Source: Bacteroidota bacterium (lineage in GTDB: Bacteria > Bacteroidota > Ignavibacteria > UBA10030 > UBA8401). From it: a stretch of 34,465 bases of DNA. The DNA is taken from assembly GCA_041665225.1 (NCBI GenBank), contig JBAYJG010000002.1, positions 1 to 34,465 on the forward strand, given 5' to 3'. Position 1 is the first letter of the stretch, and every line of letters begins with the position of its first letter. Shown here piece after piece: positions 1 through 6,758 of the stretch. Under the pieces are notes generated by a model. It searched no databases, had not been told where the DNA came from, and saw only the letters and a program-made list of their open reading frames with translations. A program made the translations under genes and the position numbers.

Positions 1-2
1 CA

Positions 3-3000
3 ACAAACACCATTACCATCACCTCCACAGATGGTGCAGCAACATTGCCTCCAGATGCGGCTTTGGTTGGCGGCACCAAAGATTTTACCCTCACCCTTAA
101 CACTGTCGGAGTATGGACCATAACGGCAAGCAATGTCGGTGGCCCGCCGCCAACTGCTGGAACAAGCGCTTCAATTACTGCCGCATCAATTACTATCACG
201 CCGGCAACAGGTGGCGGTGCGATTTCAGCGGATGATTCTACCAGCGGTGCATGGACTGCTTTGACCGGACCGTTGTATGGTGAAGCGGCAAGTGCTAATG
301 TCGGTACTGGAACAATCATCATGAATGCGCCGAGCGGCTTTATTTTTGATGTAGGTGGAACTGCACCGACAGTTTTAGTTACGCGTATCGCCGGTGCCGG
401 AGCCAACTCGAGAAACATTAACGCTGTTGCAAGCGGTACTTCTCTAGCGATTACATCAATCAGTACCACTCAAATTACATTTACAGTAACAAGTTCAAGC
501 AATACTGGCGTTACAAACAGTTTAACGTGGCAGAACGTTCGCGTCCGGCCAAATATTAGTTATCCCCTTGCAACCGGAGATATTACAAAATCAGGTACCG
601 CATCAATGGTTGGCGTCACTAATGGGTCAACAAATTTTGGAACGCTGACGGAAATTCTTGGCGCGCCAAAATCCTGGAGCGGTTTAGGCGATGGTATAAG
701 TTGGAACGATCCGGCAAATTGGAGTCCCGCCGGAGTTCCTACGGGTTCAAATGATGTCACTATCGGTGCAAACACCATAAATGTAAACATTTCGACATTA
801 GCCCATGATGTAACCATAAACAACGCAAGCGCAAATGTTACAATACCTGCAGGAATTTCACTTTCCGTTACGAATAACTTTGCCCAATCGAATGGTACGT
901 TCAATATCGCCACAGCATTCCCGACGGTCATTGGAACAACAAGCATTACCGGCGGAACAATCGGATATACCGATGCCGGAGCACAATCAATAGCGCTGCA
1001 GACATATAATAATTTAGTACTAAGTGGCAGCGGTGTGAAAACATTTGCATCGGGTACGACAAACATTACCGGAGACCTCACCTTCGGTGGTTCTGCGTCC
1101 GCTGATGCTATCACCAATACCACAACCATTAATTATAATGGAAGCGGTGCACAGGTTGTCGGTGCAATGGATTATTATGATGTCGCTCTTGCGAACGCTG
1201 GAACAAAAACTTTTGCATCCGGAATAAGTCGGATCGCAAACACATTCACCATCGGTGGAACAGCATCAGCAGATGCCATCACCAATAGCGCAACAATAGA
1301 ATACAACGGCGCCGGTACGCAGACCGTCAATGCAATCAATTACCATCACCTGACCCTTGCCACATCAGGCACAAAAACATTCGCAGCAGGAACAACGGGT
1401 ATTGCAGGTGTTCTGTCGTTGACCGGAAGCGCAGCGGCAGATGCGACTACCAACTCTGCTACCATTTTGTACAACGGTGCGGGAGCGCAGAATGTCAACG
1501 CAATCAGCTATCATCATCTGACTCTCGCCACATCCGGAGTAAAATCCTTTGTTACAGGAACAACTACTGTAGCAGGGACTCTCAGCATTACCGGTACAGC
1601 AACTGCCGACGCATCCGCGAATGGAACGACGGTTGATTATAATGGAAGCGGACCGCAATCAATCCTGGCATTCAACTATTACAATCTTACCAGCAGCTCC
1701 AGCGGCGCCCGTACACTTGCCAGTAGCGGTACGATCGGTGTAGCCGGCACATTCACTAAGGGGTCTAACTTATACACGGTTACCGGAAGCACCATCGACT
1801 ATAACGGAACAGGTGCGCAAAATGTGATAGACTTTACTTACAACAATCTGACAATTTCCGGGACCGGTACTTCGACACTTCTGGGTACGGCTACTGTGGC
1901 AGGCGATCTCACGATCTCAGGAGGTACTTTTGATCTGACTTCGTTCGCCGCGAACCGAACATCACCTGGTGGGACATTAACGATCGCGGCAATATGCACG
2001 CTCCGTATCGGTGGTGTGGGCACTTCATTGCCGACAAACTACACAACGCACGCGTTCGACCCGACCAGTAAGATAGAATATTACGGGACGAATCAGTTGC
2101 TGCCGGCTGGCACATATGATAATCTGAATATCTCCGGTGCAGGCACAACAGTCACGCTCGGTGCAAGCATTAGTATTATCGGCGACCTTACTATTACTGA
2201 CGGAACACTTGATCTTTCCACATTCACCGCAAACAGAACAACATCCGGCGGCACTCTGAGCGTTGGTTCCGGTGGAACGCTGATTATCGGAGGCACGAAT
2301 CCTCTTCCGGTAAATTATACAACAGTAACGCTGGATCCAGCCAGTACGGTGGAATATGCCGGTACGTCCCATACAATTGCTGCAGTACAGTATGGCGACC
2401 TTACTGTTTCATCGTCAGGAGCAATCACGCTGCAATCAAGCGGTACGATCGGCATTGCTGGAACATTTACTGCCGGAACAGGCACCTATACAACCTCCGG
2501 AAGCACTGTTGACTTCAATAATGCAACTGGTGGCCAGACCATTCCAGCAATAGATTATTATAATTTGACCATCAGCAATACCAGCGGTGTGAACACGCTG
2601 GTAGGAACTGTTGGTGTCAGCAATCTATTCACTCCAAGCGCAGGCGCATTAACCTCTGCCGGAACATCTACCGTTGATTTCAACAATGCGACGGGCGGTC
2701 AATCCATTCCTGCATTTAACTATTATAATTTAACCATCAGCAATACCAGCGGCGTAAACACATTGGTTGGCACGATCAATGTCAGCAATATCTTTAGCCC
2801 GAGCGCAGGAGCGTTAACATCGGCGGGGACATCTACTATGGTCTTCAACGGCAGTGGTGCTCAGACTATTCCTGCAATGACATATTATAATCTTACTCTC
2901 TCCGGCGCAGCGGATACATCGGCTGCAAACGCAAAGACTGCCGCGGGCACAATTATCGTTTCAAATATTCTCACGATCGATGCAGGAAATACGTTCGAAA

Positions 3001-3344
3001 TGAGTTCGTATAGTTCTTCGTCGTTTGGCGGAAGTTCTGTGAACAGCGGAAAAATTAAATGGTCTGCAAGCAATGCCTACGTTCCCGGTACAGGAGTTAC
3101 AGAATTTTATGGATCAAGTGCAACAACAGTGGCGCCCGGAACCAATTACGGCAATATACTAATTACCGGCAGCGGTACAATGACCGTTTCAGGCGCAGTG
3201 ACGGCGACAGGCGGCGATGCTTCTGTCGGCGTAACGGTTTCAAGCAACTTGACGATTTCCGGCACAGGTGTTTTGACTATTACCGGAATGGATTTGAACA
3301 ATGATGGAATAATTACCAACAACGGTACGATCAATGTACCATAA
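3..3344 (+). CDS. Giant repetitive beta-helix-like cell-surface protein, 5'-truncated by the window edge
   Basis: The frame is open from the window edge (codons at 3, 6, ...); the listed start at 45 is only a TTG. Stop is TAA 3342-3344. The protein is T/G/N/S-rich and built from ~55-56-aa units with a recurring (Y/F)YNLT(I/L)S..G.KT(F/L)..G...(V/I)AG.L(T/S)I motif, typical of parallel beta-helix surface proteins. There is no T9SS C-terminal domain. The last ~110 aa are paralogous to the C-terminus of the next gene. Confidence 0.85.
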   Translation, partial: TNTITITSTDGAATLPPDAALVGGTKDFTLTLNTVGVWTITASNVGGPPPTAGTSASITAASITITPATGGGAISADDSTSGAWTALTGPLYGEAASANVGTGTIIMNAPSGFIFDVGGTAPTVLVTRIAGAGANSRNINAVASGTSLAITSISTTQITFTVTSSSNTGVTNSLTWQNVRVRPNISYPLATGDITKSGTASMVGVTNGSTNFGTLTEILGAPKSWSGLGDGISWNDPANWSPAGVPTGSNDVTIGANTINVNISTLAHDVTINNASANVTIPAGISLSVTNNFAQSNGTFNIATAFPTVIGTTSITGGTIGYTDAGAQSIALQTYNNLVLSGSGVKTFASGTTNITGDLTFGGSASADAITNTTTINYNGSGAQVVGAMDYYDVALANAGTKTFASGISRIANTFTIGGTASADAITNSATIEYNGAGTQTVNAINYHHLTLATSGTKTFAAGTTGIAGVLSLTGSAAADATTNSATILYNGAGAQNVNAISYHHLTLATSGVKSFVTGTTTVAGTLSITGTATADASANGTTVDYNGSGPQSILAFNYYNLTSSSSGARTLASSGTIGVAGTFTKGSNLYTVTGSTIDYNGTGAQNVIDFTYNNLTISGTGTSTLLGTATVAGDLTISGGTFDLTSFAANRTSPGGTLTIAAICTLRIGGVGTSLPTNYTTHAFDPTSKIEYYGTNQLLPAGTYDNLNISGAGTTVTLGASISIIGDLTITDGTLDLSTFTANRTTSGGTLSVGSGGTLIIGGTNPLPVNYTTVTLDPASTVEYAGTSHTIAAVQYGDLTVSSSGAITLQSSGTIGIAGTFTAGTGTYTTSGSTVDFNNATGGQTIPAIDYYNLTISNTSGVNTLVGTVGVSNLFTPSAGALTSAGTSTVDFNNATGGQSIPAFNYYNLTISNTSGVNTLVGTINVSNIFSPSAGALTSAGTSTMVFNGSGAQTIPAMTYYNLTLSGAADTSAANAKTAAGTIIVSNILTIDAGNTFEMSSYSSSSFGGSSVNSGKIKWSASNAYVPGTGVTEFYGSSATTVAPGTNYGNILITGSGTMTVSGAVTATGGDASVGVTVSSNLTISGTGVLTITGMDLNNDGIITNNGTINVP
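1101..1772 (+). repeat. Four tandem intragenic 168-nt (56-aa) repeats
   Basis: Units begin at 1101, 1269, 1437 and 1605 (GCNGAYGC...). Peptide consensus is ADA(I/T)TN..TI.YNG.G.Q.V.A..Y..L.LA..G.K.F..G. The copies are diverged. Confidence 0.8.
2505..2999 (+). repeat. Three tandem intragenic 165-nt (55-aa) repeats
   Basis: Units begin at 2505, 2670 and 2835. Peptide consensus is STVDFNNATGGQ.IPA..YYNLTISNTSGVNTLVGT..VSN.F.PSAGALTSAGT. The first two copies are roughly three-quarters identical at DNA level by eye, with many synonymous differences. Confidence 0.8.
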
Positions 3345-3378
3345 CATATTCATCAATATGAACAGAAAGGAGGAAGAT

Positions 3379-3408
3379 ATGAAACGACAAAGCGAACATC
3401 CGCCGTAG
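3379..3408 (+). other. Candidate 9-codon leader ORF MKRQSEHPP-stop upstream of the second adhesin gene
   Basis: The strongest SD in the window (AAAGGAGG 3366-3373, 5-nt spacer) precedes ATG 3379. The ORF ends Pro-Pro-TAG (3400-3408) and is in the same frame as the 3520 gene. Confidence 0.25.
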
Positions 3409-3519
3409 CAGTAAGGAGTGATGGGCGAAGTGCTCTCTGAGCAAGAGCAGTCATCCTATCACGTTGTAAGAAGTATGAAAATTAAAAAATTAACATTCAC
3501 AAAATTCTAGGAGTTCACA

Positions 3520-5187
3520 ATGAAAACGCAAGAAAGCAACAGTTCGAACAGCAGCAACTGGTTAGGCACAAACAGCCACCATTTATTCAACAACACAATA
3601 TCTAAAAGGAGCAACGTTATGAAAAACGCAATCGCAATATTGATCTTTGTCCTCGTTTCCTCGCTGGCTTTCGGTCAGGGAACTTTCAAGAACAACGGGA
3701 CACTCGTTAATACCAGTACACTCAATACCGGCACATTCCAGAATTACCGGACGGCAGCAGGAAAAGTGTACAATTCCAGCACCATCCATACAACAGGCGA
3801 TTACGTGAACAGCAACGGCACGTTGAATGGAATGACCTTCAACCAAGATTTAACAAACACCACTGGCGGTACGATCAACGTCGATGGAAGTTTTACGAAT
3901 TCTACCGGCACAACGTATAATTCAAAGGCGGCCAGTTTAATTCGTATCGGCAATGCTCTGACCAATACAACGGCAGCAAATTTTTCAACTGATACAGGTG
4001 CAGTAGATTACAAAGCAGCTGCTATTCAGACGGTTTCTGCAACAGTAAAGAACAACACCTACGGTGCGTTGACACTGACCGGCGGCGGTTCGTTTGCAAA
4101 AACACTTGCTGCAAGCGTTGCAGTGGAAGGTCTTGTGACGATCGCAGCATCAACGGAATTTGCGGTTGGTGCAAGCAATACCCTTACACTGAATGCAGCA
4201 ACACCGTTCAGTAATTCTGGAACCTTTACGGCAGATGCAGCGAGTGCAACAGTGGTGTATAATAATTCCGGCAGTCAGGACGTTACCGGTGCCAACTACT
4301 ATAACCTGACCATCGCAAACGGCGGCACAAAGACTGTCAACACAGGTGCAGCAACAGTATCGATCGCAGCAGGCGGTACGCTTACCAATGGAACCGGTAT
4401 CTTTGACTTAGCGGCAAATGCATTGACCACAACGGGAACATCGAACATCACCAACGGTGGAACGATCCAGACCGGCGGCACAGTTACCTTCGGTGCGGCA
4501 CATACAATCGCAGGTACGTTCATTTACAACCGTGCAACAACCACGCAGACACTGGGTGCAGCTTCCTACACGAACCTTACGCTTGCTAATGGAACCGGCG
4601 CAACTGGTCAGAAGAACTTCCCAGCGGGAACCGTTACAGTTACAGGTACCTATACGACCGGCGGAGCAGATCGTAGCTACGGATCCGGCACTTTTGCGTA
4701 TGCTGGAACATCTGCACAGAACGTCCTTGGCGGTGCGGCAGAATCGTACAACAATGTGACGATCAGCGGTTCAGCAGATACATCAACACATAAAACACTT
4801 ACCGTTGGAAACTTGACTGTTGCAAACAATCTGTCCATCAGCGCGAACAACACTCTTGATTTCGGATCCTTCACAACAGCGGGTGCACTTGCCGGTACGG
4901 TTGACAACAGTGGTAAAACGATGTGGGCATCCAGCAACACATACATCGGCGGTACTGGTGCAACAGAGCTCTATGGCGTTGGCGCATCATCGCTGGTTAA
5001 CGGTGCCTACGGTTCATTGCTCTTCACGGGACCTGGCACTATGACACTTGCCGGTGCAACAACAACAGCTTCATACACATTGGTCTCCAGCAACCTGACG
5101 GTAAGTGGAACCGGAGTGTTGACGGTAACCGGCAACTTCGACAACGACGGTGTCGTGACGAACCAAGGTACGATCACGGTTCAGTAA
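3520..5187 (+). CDS. Repetitive beta-helix-like cell-surface protein, paralog of the 3-3344 protein
   Basis: ATG 3520 is preceded by AGGAG (3509-3513, 6-nt spacer). In-frame ATG 3619 also has AGGAG (3607-3611) and directly precedes a signal-peptide-like MKNAIAILIFVLVSSLAFGQ. The protein therefore either starts at 3619 or carries a 33-aa N-terminal extension. It is T/G/N-rich with YYNLTI/YTNLTL-type repeats. The C-terminal ~110 aa (NSGK..W.SSN.Y..GTG.TE.YG...SSNLT.SGTGVLT.TG...NDG..TN.GTI.V) match the upstream protein. There is no T9SS CTD. Confidence 0.85.
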   Translation: MKTQESNSSNSSNWLGTNSHHLFNNTISKRSNVMKNAIAILIFVLVSSLAFGQGTFKNNGTLVNTSTLNTGTFQNYRTAAGKVYNSSTIHTTGDYVNSNGTLNGMTFNQDLTNTTGGTINVDGSFTNSTGTTYNSKAASLIRIGNALTNTTAANFSTDTGAVDYKAAAIQTVSATVKNNTYGALTLTGGGSFAKTLAASVAVEGLVTIAASTEFAVGASNTLTLNAATPFSNSGTFTADAASATVVYNNSGSQDVTGANYYNLTIANGGTKTVNTGAATVSIAAGGTLTNGTGIFDLAANALTTTGTSNITNGGTIQTGGTVTFGAAHTIAGTFIYNRATTTQTLGAASYTNLTLANGTGATGQKNFPAGTVTVTGTYTTGGADRSYGSGTFAYAGTSAQNVLGGAAESYNNVTISGSADTSTHKTLTVGNLTVANNLSISANNTLDFGSFTTAGALAGTVDNSGKTMWASSNTYIGGTGATELYGVGASSLVNGAYGSLLFTGPGTMTLAGATTTASYTLVSSNLTVSGTGVLTVTGNFDNDGVVTNQGTITVQ

Positions 5188-5352
5188 GACATAGATTGAT
5201 CATGATCGATCGCGGAATTCATTCGGCATGATCCTGAAGACAGGTGACCAGGTTCTCGGCCGCCTGCCGGACGGTGTGCGATGAACAGCCGGATCATTAG
5301 TGAACATCAACGATGTGTAGTACTGAAGTGACTGTACTTTTGGAGCAGCACA

Positions 5353-6306
5353 ATGAAAACAAATAATCCGAACATACGGCTATTCAGATGTTCGACGCAT
5401 GATGGCAAGACATTCCGTCAGGACGGAGGAATGTCAACAGCCCGGGATACATTGCATAGTGTCGTCAAAGGCAGAAGCACCATTTCTGTGGACGGCAATG
5501 ATGATGTCCGGTCATTCGGGCCCATGAATGCAATACCCAAAGGAATTTCACCTCCGCGAGGTGATCTACCGAAGGTTTTGCTATGGCCACAGTCTGAACT
5601 GCGCGAACATATTTTCCCGGGAGGAAGAACTCCCGTCTTTCAAGCATTGACTGAAGTCGATGTTGGGAAGAGTCCGCCGTTACACGTTGGTCCATCGCCT
5701 CGGGTGGTTGATGATGACCGAGGGAGGAGTGTGTCCTTCCGTGACGGGGCACGAATCACAGCACCAACGGATATACTCATGAAGTCAATATGCAATCCTG
5801 AGGATCCGATGGTACGAGATGTCGGAGAGAGTCCGCCATTGCGGGATGGTCCATTGAATACTGCGTTCCATCGGTGCAGAGGAAGGAGTGCACCCGTTCG
5901 TAACGGGACACAAGGGATTGTCCAGAAAGAGACCGATTTGGGACCGCAACGGTATCTCGCGGAACCTGGAGTGAGAGATGTTGACATCGGGGAAAGTCCG
6001 CCGCAGCGGGACGGTCTAAGAAATACTGCGGATGAACGATGCAGAAGGAGAAGTGTGCCCGTACCATTCGCACCAGAGAAGACTGCTGCGAAAGGATTGT
6101 GTAGGGGATCGCACAGATATGTCATCATTCCGTTTTCGTCGGATGGAGTCAGAGGGAATAGTCCGCCCCTACAGAAAAGAGGACCCGGCAGTAATGGTGG
6201 AAACAGTACAGGGAGTAGTGTGCCCAATTGTGACCATACGAAACACTCAATTGACGTAGAGAGATTGAAGATATGGCATTCGGAGAAATTGGGAGTGCAT
6301 CGATGA
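5353..6306 (+). CDS. Orphan Arg/Pro/Asp/Gly-rich tandem-repeat protein (five 41-55-aa units, G-x-S-P-P motif), no signal peptide
   Basis: GGAG (5342-5345) lies 7 nt before the ATG. The 12-mer CACAATGAAAAC around the start is identical to that at 3516-3527. Repeat spacings of 123/159/165/165 nt are all multiples of 3. Differences between units 2 and 3 are enriched at the third codon position, and conserved residues switch Arg (CGN/AGA) and Ser (TCA/AGT) codon families (see finding). I recognise no family. Confidence 0.55.
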   Translation: MKTNNPNIRLFRCSTHDGKTFRQDGGMSTARDTLHSVVKGRSTISVDGNDDVRSFGPMNAIPKGISPPRGDLPKVLLWPQSELREHIFPGGRTPVFQALTEVDVGKSPPLHVGPSPRVVDDDRGRSVSFRDGARITAPTDILMKSICNPEDPMVRDVGESPPLRDGPLNTAFHRCRGRSAPVRNGTQGIVQKETDLGPQRYLAEPGVRDVDIGESPPQRDGLRNTADERCRRRSVPVPFAPEKTAAKGLCRGSHRYVIIPFSSDGVRGNSPPLQKRGPGSNGGNSTGSSVPNCDHTKHSIDVERLKIWHSEKLGVHR

Positions 6307-6758
6307 AATCTCCGTCGTTTCACATAGAAAAGAACAGGCAATACACGATCAAGCGGCATTGTCCATTGATCAATAGAAGGAATTCGTTCCATGCGTTTTC
6401 ATTATAGAAAGAACAACGAATGTATTTTTTCTGGAATGTTAGATGAGAAGCTGCTCACTTCTTATCGGGCCAGCAGTTACGGTCACAGAAAAGATCTTCT
6501 CTTAGAATGACATCATGATCCAGCGTGGAAGGTGTTTAGTGCTCCTTTTCACCTTCCACCTGGGTCGGTTGTTTGATGCAGCAACAAGCAACACAACAAA
6601 AGGGCACCAAGAGAATAGTATGAAAGAATTGAAAACGAACATTATTGCAGCCGTACTTAGGCTTATCCAAAACCGCCGGTGGAAGAGTGTGTGGTTTCAG
6701 CTAAGCAGAAGAATTGACGGCTCCGTTTTCAAAAGCAATTAACGGTATAGGTTATCCT

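Noticed and set aside
560-3334. Multiple 60-190-aa ORFs in other frames and on the other strand inside the first giant gene (for example 560-1129 minus and 2025-2372 minus).
   Set aside because: These are shadow ORFs of a repetitive, stop-poor coding region, and all are fully nested in a far longer ORF with coherent repeats.
5988-6015. GGGGAAAGTCCGCCGCAGCGGGACGG resembles the RNase P RNA P4 signature GAGGAAAGUCCGGGC.
   Set aside because: The match covers only about 10 nt and is repeated four times in tandem. There is no matching ACAGAACCCGGCUUA-type 3' partner in the right context, and nothing resembles the rest of the RNase P architecture.
5640-6392. 250-aa ORF on the minus strand.
   Set aside because: It is an antisense shadow of the 5353-6306 ORF and shares its wobble positions. 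It does not cover repeat unit 0, its codon position 1 is G-poor, and residues conserved on the + strand become R/L replacements here.
5190-6400. Interpretation of the ~160-nt tandem units as an array of structured ncRNAs or riboswitch-like elements. They have conserved boxes (AGTCCGCC and GGAG.AGTGTGCCC) and local hairpins, for example 5409-5435, 5549-5565 and CCGC-loop-GCGG at 5833-5844 and 5998-6009.
   Set aside because: Unit spacings are all multiples of three. Differences between the best-conserved units concentrate on one codon position. Arg and Ser codon-family switches preserve the + frame peptide. These are coding signatures rather than RNA covariation, so the hairpins are probably incidental.
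6515-6742. 75-aa ORF in the gap upstream of the 6759 gene.
   Set aside because: It has no SD, its composition is unconvincing, it spans the 10-bp hairpin and it has no recognisable motif. It is likely a chance ORF.
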